DNA of 64,000 bases. Origin: an uncultured delta proteobacterium (lineage in GTDB: Bacteria; Myxococcota_A; Polyangia; Polyangiales; Polyangiaceae). The stretch covers positions 1,376,001-1,440,000 of the forward strand of contig CAWJCS010000005.1 in the NCBI GenBank assembly GCA_963841435.1, given 5' to 3'. Of this stretch, positions 54,590 through 64,000 are shown piece by piece (position 1 is the stretch's first letter; each line of letters starts with the position of its first letter). The translations under genes and the position numbers were made by a program. A model generated the notes under the pieces. The model searched no databases, was not told the origin of the DNA, and saw only the letters and a program-made list of their open reading frames with translations.

Positions 54590-56436
54590 GTTCCTGTCCC
54601 GCCCAGCACCACGGGCACCGTGCGCGCGAGGACGTAGAGGTCGAGCCAGGGCGACCAGTTGCGCACGTACTCAACGTCCATCTGCAGGCGCTGCTCGAAG
54701 GTGGATTCGTTGCGCCACGTCACCTGCCAGATGCCGGTGATGCCCGGCTTGACGCGCAAGATGATGGCTTCCTTCTGCTCCATGTCCGGGATCTCACGCT
54801 CGAGATACGGGCGCGGTCCGACGAGGCTCATCTCCCCGACCAGCACGTTCCAAAGCTGGGGCAGCTCGTCGAGGCTGTATTTGCGGAGAAAACGGCCGAT
54901 GCGCGTGACGCGAGGATCGTTGTTCAGCTTGTGAAACTGCTCGTATTCGACGGCGAGCATGGGATCGCGCTCGAGGATGCCGGCGAGGCGCTGCTCCGCA
55001 TCCTCGAACATGGTGCGGAATTTGAGCGCCGCGAAGCGGATCCCGTCCTGTCCGAGCCGCTTCTGCCGGTGAAACACCGGGCCCTTGGAGTCCAGCCGGA
55101 TCACGAACGCGAGGAGCATGAGGAGCGGCCACGTGATCAACAGCCCGATACTGGTAAGCGCCAGATCCATGGCGCGCTTGGCCGCCCGCGGACCGCGCAA
55201 CAAGAGCTGGCGCTGCACTTCGATGCCAAGCGCACCGCCGAGATAGCGCGTCGGCGCGCCGAAGTGCGTCAGGTTGAACAGGTCCGGAATGACCAGCACG
55301 TTGTGGTAGCTGTCCGCGAAACGCTCGATCACGCCGAGCATCGTGGACGCGTCCATTTCGGGCATGGCGAGCACGGCCGTCCGCACCTTGAGCCGCTGCG
55401 ACAGCGCGGGGGCAAGCTCCAGCCCGCCCACGATCGGAACGCCCTCGACCTCCGAGAACTGCTCGAGCGCGGATCGCTCGGACGGTGATTCCGCGTCCTC
55501 GGCATCGAACTCGCGGACGGGCTCGATCACGATGTCGTTTTCGCCCCAGGTGGCGCGCACCGTGCCCTGGCGCGCCGGATTGTCGTCGAGGATCGCGACG
55601 GGCTTCAGACCAAGCTGCGGACGCGCCTGCAGCATGGTGACGACCGCGCGCCCCACCTTGCCGGCGCCCATCACCACCACGGGCTGACCCCACCAGGGAG
55701 TGCGCGCCAGCGACGAGCGCAGAATGCCGCGCAACGTCGGCACGAGCACGATGGCGATCAACCACCCAATCGCCCAAGCCTCGTGGGAGACCGCGTAGAA
55801 CGAGACGACGCGCGTCAGCACGACGGCCATCCAGCAGCCGGCGTAGACGAGCGTGATCGAAGCCACCGAGCTGCGGATCTCGTCCGGCGGGCTCGGTGGC
55901 GTGACCGCGTACAGGCGAGACGCCGAGAACGCGGCCAGGCACAGGGGAACCACGGCGGCCAGGACGTAGATGGCGGCGTTCGACAGTCGATCGTGTGCGA
56001 CCAAGAACCAGAGCACGGCGGTGCCGAGCCCGAGCGACACGAGGTCGGACAGGACGAGCACGAGGCTGACGAGCCTTGGGCGGCAGCTCACCTGCAGCCA
56101 GCCAATCGACGGGTTCTCGCGAGCGCGCCGCGCGATGCTGCGGGCCTTGCCGCGAACGCGCGCGGTGTGCACTTGCTCGATCAGCGCTTCGGCGACGGCT
56201 CTCGCGTCGCACGCGCCGAGCCGACGCAGGATGGCGCCGATGTGCCCGCCGTTCTCGGCCTGGACGTGCAGCGCGTGACGGAGCTGTTCGGGCGTGATGA
56301 CACCCTTCCGGAGCAGCACCTGCCCGAGCTCGTTGTCTCGCCTCCGCCGACGGCGGTAAAAGGCGGGACTACTGTCCCTCGACTCCCGGGGCGCGTCGGG
56401 GGGCTGCACGAGCGCCGATGCCCGCCGCTTGCTCAC
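54586..56436 (-). CDS. Initiating polyprenyl-phosphate phosphoglycosyltransferase (WbaP/WcaJ-like) with an N-terminal MshEN-like extension
   Basis: [57 protein letters not shown]. Confidence 0.93.
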   Translation of the reverse strand: MSKRRASALVQPPDAPRESRDSSPAFYRRRRRRDNELGQVLLRKGVITPEQLRHALHVQAENGGHIGAILRRLGACDARAVAEALIEQVHTARVRGKARSIARRARENPSIGWLQVSCRPRLVSLVLVLSDLVSLGLGTAVLWFLVAHDRLSNAAIYVLAAVVPLCLAAFSASRLYAVTPPSPPDEIRSSVASITLVYAGCWMAVVLTRVVSFYAVSHEAWAIGWLIAIVLVPTLRGILRSSLARTPWWGQPVVVMGAGKVGRAVVTMLQARPQLGLKPVAILDDNPARQGTVRATWGENDIVIEPVREFDAEDAESPSERSALEQFSEVEGVPIVGGLELAPALSQRLKVRTAVLAMPEMDASTMLGVIERFADSYHNVLVIPDLFNLTHFGAPTRYLGGALGIEVQRQLLLRGPRAAKRAMDLALTSIGLLITWPLLMLLAFVIRLDSKGPVFHRQKRLGQDGIRFAALKFRTMFEDAEQRLAGILERDPMLAVEYEQFHKLNNDPRVTRIGRFLRKYSLDELPQLWNVLVGEMSLVGPRPYLEREIPDMEQKEAIILRVKPGITGIWQVTWRNESTFEQRLQMDVEYVRNWSPWLDLYVLARTVPVVLGGTGT

Positions 56437-56672
56437 GCAACGTCGAGACGGCCAACCCAGCTCGTCTTGGCCCCCTGGATGGCCGCGCGCGCGATAGCGA
56501 GCATGAGCCCCTCGTCGATACCCTGAACCTCGACAGAAACGGGGGGGACGCTGCGAAAGGTTCCAACCTTCACGTCGTCGAGTAGCCGGACCACCTCGTA
56601 GTGCCCCTCCGCAAGGCGCACCACGCGGTACGTCGTGCCGGCAACTTGAACCATACCCTTAACGACGCGCAT
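56433..56672 (-). CDS. Small hypothetical protein (79 aa), first gene of the PGT operon
   Basis: Ordinary globular composition unlike the shadow ORFs; its stop overlaps the PGT start (GTGA). Confidence 0.65.
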   Translation of the reverse strand: MRVVKGMVQVAGTTYRVVRLAEGHYEVVRLLDDVKVGTFRSVPPVSVEVQGIDEGLMLAIARAAIQGAKTSWVGRLDVA

Positions 56673-56911
56673 GTGATTACTCTGCCTCGCCGAGCCATGG
56701 TCGTAGCTCGCATCATCTGCTTTGGGAAGGGGTACTTTTCGCTTTCTCCGAAACAGAACAGCCGAAACCGGAAACGCCCCAGTGCCGCTACCGGGTTGCG
56801 ACGCGCGAGAAATGAGCGCGCCACTCGGGACGGGCCGCGACGCTTTTCACCAAGCCTGCGGGTTGACACTGCCAGCGTATTCTCGCCGCCGGCCTATAGG
56901 CCGATCCGCCC

Positions 56912-58967
56912 ATGAGCCCCGCCCCGCCCCCACCGAGCTTCATGAAGTCGCTGCTCCGGGCAGTCGCCGCGGGTGCGGTCGTGTTCGCGGGCTTTCTTGG
57001 CTACGGCTACAGGGATCCTCCCGTTTTCGAGACGGGGGGCGAGCTCCGCGTCAGCGGTGCCCTGCCGAGCGAGGGGATGAATGCCGTCGTTGACCGGCTC
57101 GAGCGGACCATTTTCGATTCCGCGTTGCTTTCCCGCCTAGCGGCGGAAGCAGGCCCGCAGAGCGGGCAGGTCGCGGGGCTCAGGGTCGCGAGCGGCATCC
57201 GCTTCGAGCCTCGTCCGCCGGACCGAGTTCGCATCGTCTGCCGCAACCCCGACCCCGAGCGCCTCAAGTTCCTGTGCGACGCCGTCCTCACGGCCGTCAC
57301 CAAACGGGGCGCTGTGGCCGTCGCCGGAACCCAGTCGTCCTCCACGGCGCTCACCTCGAGCGTCGCCGATTCTGGCCGCCTACGCGCGCGCGCACCCGGA
57401 GCTCTTCCTGAGCGCCCGAAAGCCCCCGCCAAAGCCGGAATCCCTGGAGGAGCTGCGCCAAAAGACGGATGCCGTGCGCTCGGCGCGAGCGTCCAGCGTC
57501 CCGACGATCCCGACGCTGTCGTTCGAGGTGGCGATCCCAGTGGGCGGCGCCAAACCGCTCGGGGTGCCGCGCTCTGCCGTGCTGTTTGCGGGATTGTTCG
57601 GGGCGCTCGCGACGGCCTTCATCACCCTCATGGGCGAGTTCTTCCTGCTCCGGCGAGCTCAGGCGGCCGCGGCTCGCGAGAGCTTCTTGCTCGACGACGA
57701 GGACGACGAGCTCTCGAAGCCTTTTGCGCTCGCCCCCGCCCCGGAAACACAGCCGCCCCTCGCACTGCCACCCCGTTCAGTCCCGCCGCCGGCGGCGGCT
57801 GCCACTCCGGCCTCCGCGCCTCCTCCCGACACGTCAGACCCGCAGGTCGAATTCTCGGTCCCCCCGCCTGGCGTGACGGAGCCGACTTCTTCGGCGCCGC
57901 CGGGCGCCCCGCCCCGACCCGGCTCCTCGGCGCCGCCCGGCGCGCTCGCATCACCGATTCTACGCCGCGCACCAACCACGCCCGTCGTCGCCGTGCCGCC
58001 CGGCGGCGGGTCGTTCGTGCCACCATCCGCGCCGCCGGTCCCGGCCGTTGCCCCCACGGCAAGTGGCGAAAGTCCGGCTGAGGGACCCTCGACGATGCTT
58101 CCGCCGGCCAAGTCGAGCGACTCGGGTTTCCACGCCACGGTGACGTACGACGCGACCAACCTCGATGCGCGCCACCGAGAGCGCGGGGTACCCGTCACGC
58201 GCACCACGCAAATGCTCGGCTCACCGCTCTCGCCCGAGGCTCAACCCGTTTCGCGACCCTCCGGGCGAGTCCGCCAGGGCTCCGCCACGACTCGCTACAG
58301 CTTCGTGAGCACGCCACCACCAGCCGGGGGCGAGCCGGTGCGACCGCACGACGTGGGTCCGGATTGGAGCCCCGATCCGAGCATCGATCCCGCACCTTGC
58401 AGGCCGCTTTGTCGCGAGCTCTTCGCCTTCGGTGTCGAGCACTGTTTTGTGGTGGGCGTGACGGCGGTGCCCGGCCTCGATCGAGACAAGGCCGAGTTTT
58501 CCGCCGCGCTCGCGCTCGCGCTGTCCGCGACCGGTCACGCGCGCGTGTTGCTCGTCGAGGGTGACCTCGATGCCCCGCAACAACACACGTTCATGCGCGC
58601 CGAGATGCCCGAGGGGGAGAGCTTCTCGCGCCAGCTACAGGCGCACATGACGCGTCAGGCGGGCGAGCATTGGAGCGTGCTGCGCTGCACGAAGTCGCTG
58701 CACGTGCTCGTGGACGGCGAGGAGCACACGCCGGGGCTCATCCTCTCCCGCACGTTCGAGGAGTGCGTGCGGGCGCTCCGCGCGTACTACGACTTCATCG
58801 TGCTCGACGGTCCGACGGGCGCACGGGAATCGGAGTGCCGCGCGCTCGACGGCGTCATCGACGGGCTCATCGTGGTGTGCACCGAGGAAACACGAGCCAC
58901 CATCCCCGAAACGTCGCGCTACTTCACCACGAAGCGATTTTCCAAGGCGATCCGCGCAACGCGCTGA
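56912..58967 (+). CDS. Second Wzc-like membrane protein with a degenerate BY-kinase-like domain; apparent frameshift at ~57370
   Basis: TM1 in ORF 56912; removing one T at GATTC restores LAAYARAHPEL (paralog has LVSYLVSHPDL) and joins ORF 57474 with TM2, Pro-rich linker, FVVGVTAVPGLDRDKAE, VLLVEGDL, YDFIVLDGP. Confidence 0.75.
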
Positions 58968-59058
58968 GCGGGCCCCGCGCCGTGAGGGCGGGTCCGAACG
59001 GCGCGCACGGACGCCTGGCCTGACGCCCCCGGGCGCCAGAGAGCGCGCGGTGCGTGCG

Positions 59059-60126
59059 TCACGTCGCGCGTTCGAGCGCCTCGACGATGCGCGAGGAAAC
59101 GCCAGGCGCCCCGTAGAGCTCCGGATGGTCCGTCGGGGGCGAGAGTGCGGCGCGCACGCCCGCTGCCAGACCTTCGGGGTCGACCAGGCGGTTCCAGCCC
59201 GCGTCGACGGTCTCGACCCACTCGGTCGTGTCCCGGACCGTGACGCATGGGCGCGCGAGCATGTACGCCTCCTTTTGCAGGCCGCCGCTGTCGGTGACGA
59301 CGACGCTCGCGGCGTCGAGCAGGGCGAGTAGGTCCAAAAAGCCCAGCGGCTCGAGTGCGCGCACGTTGGGACCGAACGAAACCCCGACCTGAGCGAGCAT
59401 CTTGCCGAGCCGCGGATGCACGGGAAGCACGACCGGGACGTCGAGCCGGCTGAAGGCGCGGGCAATCGCGCTCAGACGCGCGGGGTCGTCGGTGTTCGAG
59501 GCGCGGTGGATCGTAGCGAGAGCGAAGGGCACGCCGGGCGTGAGCCCCGTCTTCGCGAGCAGGGCGGGGGCCCGCTCCCTCGCCTTCGGAACGAACGTCC
59601 GGAGCACGTCGACGCGTACGTCGCCGACGTTGACGACGCCTTCGCTGATTCCTTCGCGCTCGAGATTTCCAAGCGCAGCCGTGGTCGGGGCCAAAAGCAG
59701 CGTCGAGAGATGGTCGGTGAGGACGCGATTGATCTCCTCGGGCATCTCGCGGTCGAAGCTGCGAAGCCCCGCCTCGATGTGCGCCACGCGGAAATGCAGC
59801 TTGGCGGCCGTGAGAGCGGCTGCGATCGTACTGTTCGTGTCGCCGAAGACGATCACCCAGTCCGGTCGCTCGCGAAGGAGCAGTGGTTCGAGCTTCACCA
59901 TCACCGCCGCCGTCTGCTCGGCGTGGCCGGCGCCAGCCGCCCCCACCTCGAGGTCGGCGTCGGGCTTCGGAATCTCGAGCTCCCGAAAGAAGACACGCGA
60001 CATTGCGTCGTCGTAGTGCTGGCCCGTATTGACGAAAATCTCGCGGTGCCGCTCGCGAATGACGTGACTGACGCGCGAGGTCTGGATGAACTCGGGTCGC
60101 GTGCCCGCGATCGTCACGCACTTCAT
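59059..60126 (-). CDS. Non-hydrolysing UDP-N-acetylhexosamine 2-epimerase (WecB/WbpI family)
   Basis: GTRPE, TGQHYD, GDTNS, HIEAGLRS, PEEINR, TDSGGLQKEA, TEW.E. Confidence 0.93.
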   Translation of the reverse strand: MKCVTIAGTRPEFIQTSRVSHVIRERHREIFVNTGQHYDDAMSRVFFRELEIPKPDADLEVGAAGAGHAEQTAAVMVKLEPLLLRERPDWVIVFGDTNSTIAAALTAAKLHFRVAHIEAGLRSFDREMPEEINRVLTDHLSTLLLAPTTAALGNLEREGISEGVVNVGDVRVDVLRTFVPKARERAPALLAKTGLTPGVPFALATIHRASNTDDPARLSAIARAFSRLDVPVVLPVHPRLGKMLAQVGVSFGPNVRALEPLGFLDLLALLDAASVVVTDSGGLQKEAYMLARPCVTVRDTTEWVETVDAGWNRLVDPEGLAAGVRAALSPPTDHPELYGAPGVSSRIVEALERAT

Positions 60127-61142
60127 GCGACGACCGACGACCGCGCGCCACCGAACGTAGCCGGCATCCCGTCGGCTCCGGATTTGACGAACGCGAGCGC
60201 GATGCGCAGTGTCTCGAGCCCGTCGGCGCCCGTCACCGTGGGCGGCCGCCGGTCCCGGACCGCCGCCACGAAGTCCGCGATCTCGGCGACGAGCGGCTCG
60301 TGGCGCTGGATGCGAATCCCGAGCACGTTCCCTTCGGTAACGCCGCGAAGCACGCTCAACGTGTCCCACTGGCTCGGTGCGCTCTCGTTCTCGTAAAAGA
60401 AGAGCTCCTGCGAGAGCAGGTTGCACTCGAACAGGCCGCGCGCCCCCGTGACGGTCAGGCGGCGCACCTTGGTCGGCGTCATCCAGTTCACGTCGAGCAC
60501 GCCGAGCGCGCCACCCTGGAAGCGCAAAAGGCCGTCGAACATGTCCTCGCGGTCGGAATTGATGCCCTGCAGCGTCTCGCCGTACAAGCGCACGATGGGC
60601 TCGGGCACGAGGTAGCGCATCAGGTCGATGTCGTGCGACGCGAGGTCGATCACGACTCCGGCGTCGCGAATGCGCGGCGGGTAGGGGCTGAGGCGCTGCG
60701 CCAGCACCTTGTAGATGCGCCCCGCCATGCCCTCGCGGAGGCGCCGCCTGAGCTCCATCACCGCGGGGTTGAAGCGCTCGATATGGCCCACGGCGAGCAC
60801 GACGCCCTTTTCCTCGGCGCGCGCTACGAGCTCTTCCGCTTGCGCCACCGTGCTGGCGATGGGCTTCTCCATGAGGACGTGCACGCCCTTGTCGATGAGG
60901 TGCATGCCGATCTCGTGATGCAGGCCGGTGGGCACCGCGACGCACACCAGATCGGGCGACGTGCTGTCGAGCAGCGCGTCGAGCGAGGGGAAAGAGGGCA
61001 CGTTGTGCAGGCCCGCCACGCGCGCCGCGGCCGCGGCATTCGTGTCGGCAACACCGACGAAGCTGACGCCATCCATGCCGTGCAACACGCGCGCGTGGTT
61101 CTGGCCGATTGCCCCAACCCCAATGACGGCTGCTTTCAACAT
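60123..61142 (-). CDS. Gfo/Idh/MocA oxidoreductase (WbpB/WlbA-like by context)
   Basis: IGVGAIG..H, HVLMEKP, VGHIERFNP, DLASHDID. Confidence 0.88.
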   Translation of the reverse strand: MLKAAVIGVGAIGQNHARVLHGMDGVSFVGVADTNAAAAARVAGLHNVPSFPSLDALLDSTSPDLVCVAVPTGLHHEIGMHLIDKGVHVLMEKPIASTVAQAEELVARAEEKGVVLAVGHIERFNPAVMELRRRLREGMAGRIYKVLAQRLSPYPPRIRDAGVVIDLASHDIDLMRYLVPEPIVRLYGETLQGINSDREDMFDGLLRFQGGALGVLDVNWMTPTKVRRLTVTGARGLFECNLLSQELFFYENESAPSQWDTLSVLRGVTEGNVLGIRIQRHEPLVAEIADFVAAVRDRRPPTVTGADGLETLRIALAFVKSGADGMPATFGGARSSVVA

Positions 61143-62218
61143 GCGGCATTCACCTCCGCCACGACGTACGCCCGCTCCTCGTCCGTGAGGCTCGGATGCA
61201 CGGGTAGGCTCATGACCTCCCGCGTGGCGCGTTCGGTCTCCGGTAAATCGAGACCCTGGTACGCGGGGCGGCGCGCGAAGACCGGCTGGCGATGGATCGG
61301 CAGCGGGTAGTAGACGCGTGCCCCCACGCCGCGCTCGTTGAGCCGCTCGAGAACGGCGTCCCGGTCGACGCCCTCGGGAACGCGAACCGTGTACTGGTGA
61401 TACACGTGGCCGTAGCCTGCCGGCACGCTCGGCACGCGAACGCGCTCGAGGTGGGCGTCGAAGTAGCGCGCGTTCTCGCGCCGCTTCTCCTGCCACGCCG
61501 GCAGTCGACCGAGCTGCACGAGACCGATCGCCGCGGCAGGATCGGTCATGCGGAAATTGTAGCCGACCACTTCGTGCAGGTACTGCGTGCTCATGCCCTG
61601 GTGGCGGATCATGCGAAGGAGCTCGGCAATGGCGTCGTCGTTGGTGAGCACCATGCCGCCCTCCGTCGTCGTCATGTTCTTCGTTGGGTAGAAGCTGAAC
61701 GACGCCGTACCGAAGGTGCCCACCGAGCGCCCGTCGAGCGTCGCCCCGTGAGCCTGCGCTGCATCCTCGAGCAGCACGAGCTTTCGCTCGCGACACAGCG
61801 CTTCGAAGCGTGGCATGTCGGCCGGCAGCCCATAGAGATGGACGGGCATGATGGCGCGGGTGTGCGGCGTGATCGCCGCTTCGGCAGCCGCGGGGCTCAG
61901 ACAGAACGTCGTCGCGTCGATATCGGCGAAAACCGGGGTGGCGCCGACGCTCAAGACGCACGACGCCGTCGCGAAGAAGCTGAAGGACGGAACGATGACC
62001 TCGTCACCGGGGCCGATTTCGTGCGCCATGAGGGCCGTGGTGAGCGCCGTCGTGCCGTTGCTCGTGGCGACGCCGTGTTTCGCCCCGTGATAGGCGGCGA
62101 ACGCGCGCTCGAACTCGGCGACACGTGGCCCCTGCGAGAGCTGGCCACTCGAGAGCGCGGCGAGCGCGGCCGCCTTTTCCTCTTCCCCCAAGAACGGACG
62201 TGCGATCGGAACTTGCAT
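61136..62218 (-). CDS. DegT/DnrJ/EryC1/StrS sugar aminotransferase (WbpE/WlbC-like)
   Basis: NGT.AL, VHLYG, EDAAQAHG, SFYPTKN..T.EGG, GYNFRM, SLPVHP. Confidence 0.93.
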   Translation of the reverse strand: MQVPIARPFLGEEEKAAALAALSSGQLSQGPRVAEFERAFAAYHGAKHGVATSNGTTALTTALMAHEIGPGDEVIVPSFSFFATASCVLSVGATPVFADIDATTFCLSPAAAEAAITPHTRAIMPVHLYGLPADMPRFEALCRERKLVLLEDAAQAHGATLDGRSVGTFGTASFSFYPTKNMTTTEGGMVLTNDDAIAELLRMIRHQGMSTQYLHEVVGYNFRMTDPAAAIGLVQLGRLPAWQEKRRENARYFDAHLERVRVPSVPAGYGHVYHQYTVRVPEGVDRDAVLERLNERGVGARVYYPLPIHRQPVFARRPAYQGLDLPETERATREVMSLPVHPSLTDEERAYVVAEVNAAC

Positions 62219-62253
62219 GCGACGCCCCTCAGTACGGTGTGGGGCGGAGGGTG

Positions 62254-62790
62254 TCAACGAGCGTCATCGAGCGCTTCCTCCAGGGTGCGCACCGGTTCTC
62301 CGGAGCGCGTCACGAAGCCCACCTGGCGTGCGGGGTTGCCGATGACGAGCGCGTGATCGGCGACGTGGCGCGTGACGACGCTTCCCGCCCCCACCATCGC
62401 CCAGAGCCCGATCGTGACGCCGCACACGATGGTGCTGTTCGCACCGAGCGAAGCCCCGCGGCGCACGACGGTCTCCTTGAGCACCCAGTCGTCCGCCGCC
62501 TTGAGGCTATGATCGGGGTTGATGGCACGCGGCCTGAGGTCGTTCGTGAAACACACGTGCGGGCCGACGAAAACACCGTCCTCGAGCGTCACGCCGTGGA
62601 ACACGGAAACGTAGTTCTGGATCTTGACGCGGTCGCCGACGCGAACCCCGGCGTCAACGAACACGCCGCGGCCGAGCACGCAATCTTGCCCGATGCGAGC
62701 CCCGCGCCGCACGTGGCAAAGGTGCCAAATCTTCGTGCCTTCGCCGACCTGGGCCCCTTCCTCCACCTCGGCGCTCGGATGAACGAACAT
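62254..62790 (-). CDS. Hexapeptide N-acetyltransferase (WbpD/WlbB-like)
   Basis: VHPSA.V, KIWH, VKIQN, FTNDLRPRA, GANSTIVCG, GNPAR. Confidence 0.9.
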   Translation of the reverse strand: MFVHPSAEVEEGAQVGEGTKIWHLCHVRRGARIGQDCVLGRGVFVDAGVRVGDRVKIQNYVSVFHGVTLEDGVFVGPHVCFTNDLRPRAINPDHSLKAADDWVLKETVVRRGASLGANSTIVCGVTIGLWAMVGAGSVVTRHVADHALVIGNPARQVGFVTRSGEPVRTLEEALDDAR

Positions 62791-62891
62791 GGTCTTCTCG
62801 ACTAGCACGCCGGAACGGTCGCCGTCATGGGTACCAATTCCGGCCCCCGAGGTCCGGCTCCCATCCGGCGACCTGAGTCAGCGTGACCCAT

Positions 62892-64000
62892 TCAGCCGCC
62901 GAGCAGCGGAGGATCAACCCGTCCGATGCGCTGCACGAGGTACGCGACGCCGGCCAGAATCCACAGGAACTGGGCCACCTGGTCAACACGCGGTCGCGCT
63001 CCACGGATGCTGCGAGCCACCAGCATCACGAGCAGCGGAACCTCGTAGTATTTTTGGTAGCACATGCGCACGCTCGCAAACGAGAGCCCGAACAGCACGA
63101 CGTACGCCACGTAGACAACGTCGCGCTCGACGACGCCCTCCCAGAACGTCGGAAAGCCCCACGGCGAGCAACCCCACGAGCAGCGTGCTCGCGCCGAATA
63201 GCTCGGGGAACCGGTCGCTGATGAACCAGATGAACCCGCCGTCGGTGAACAGCGACTCGTGGCGCAAGCCGCTCACGATGCCCACGAAAAGCGCGACGGG
63301 AGCCACCACGGCGAGCCGCCGCGGCGCGCAGAGCCGTGGCAATCGCGAAGGGCCCACCACCAGCAGGTACAGGCCGAGCAGCGCGAAAGAGAACGCGATG
63401 GCCTTCGCGTTGAGGCCACGCGCTTGGTTCACGTCGTGCCAGTTTTGCGGCACGAAGCCACCCCATACGACGAAGAACGGCAGGCACGCCGCGATCGGCA
63501 AGAGGAAGGGCAGCGCCGTTCGGACGGGAAAGCCCGAAAGCCCACCGGCCAGGCGCCCGCCGCTCGCGAGGCGCGGCGCCCAGAAGTCGCGCGTCGCGGC
63601 GAGGGCCAAGAACGGACAGGCCCAAAGCCAGCTTTGCCGGGTCAATGCCGCGAGCGAGAGCAAGACCGCCGCGACGAGCGGCGACCGGGGGCCACGCGAC
63701 CCGGGCAGGAGCCAAGGACGCGCGGCCAGCCAGAACCAGAGGTACGAGTAGTTCTCCGTCAAGAGCACGAAGCCACGCGCCGCCATGTACGGCGACGCGA
63801 CCACGGTCCCCGTGCCGAGCCATGCCACGACGCGTCCGCCCGCGCGCCTGAGATCCGCGAAGACGATCGCCGAGAAGACGAGCACGATCGAAAGGTTCGC
63901 GAGGCGCAGCACCCAGCGGCTCGCGCCGAGCGCATCGAGCGGCGCGAGCGTCAGGTGGAAAAACGGCGTCGTCGCGGACGAGTAAGCCTTGCCGTCGACC
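62892..64000 (-). CDS. Polytopic membrane protein, GT-C-like (5' end outside the window); apparent frameshift at ~63145
   Basis: Frame is open to the window end (..YSSATTPFFH..RLAN..LLTEN..TRQSWLW..). Removing one base at GAACGTC (63144-63150) joins it to ORF 62892..63110 (YQKYYE). Confidence 0.65.

Noticed and set aside
1709-63150. About nine frameshifted genes as true pseudogenes or programmed frameshifts
   Set aside because: They include the conserved housekeeping gene nusB, mostly fall in homopolymers or the two palindromic motifs, and show no other decay. This fits sequencing error.
1-64000. CRISPR arrays, tRNA/rRNA genes, IS elements, integrases or prophage genes
   Set aside because: I saw no regularly spaced repeats, structural RNA signatures or mobile-element proteins, and intergenic spaces are short. 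A covariance-model search would be needed to exclude small RNAs.

Overview
About 70% GC, gene-dense bacterial DNA. The gene content (ArsA-like ATPase, nusB next to an M17-like gene, a DUF4388 Ser/Thr kinase, a short OPX protein) suggests Myxococcota, probably Polyangiales (inference). After about 10 kb of mixed housekeeping genes, positions ~10.6-64 kb form one large cell-surface glycan locus. It contains a tiny VPEL-CTERM (VPEID/PEP-CTERM-like) substrate with an exosortase-CAAX protease fusion, a NadE-like/AsnB-like/acyl-ligase/HemK-like/ACP/acetyltransferase cassette, Wzx/Wzy/OPX export genes, GT2/GT4/GT26/GT-C transferases, deacetylases, a secreted GH-A hydrolase, and pathways for GDP-heptose and a 2,3-diacetamido-hexuronate. 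The most unusual part is the apparent regulatory layer: a polysaccharide co-polymerase with an N-terminal FHA domain, two Wzc-like proteins with degenerate Walker A and no Tyr cluster, an initiating phosphoglycosyltransferase carrying an MshEN-type (c-di-GMP receptor-like) repeat, and a promoter-like motif shared by the Ser/Thr kinase and FHA co-polymerase genes. The sequence also has systematic G>A substitutions and +1 insertions at GTCGAC/GACGTC sites plus homopolymer indels. These are probably long-read errors, so the frameshifts should not be read as true pseudogenes. I saw no rRNA, tRNA, CRISPR array or transposase. All family calls come from motif recognition by eye, not database searches.
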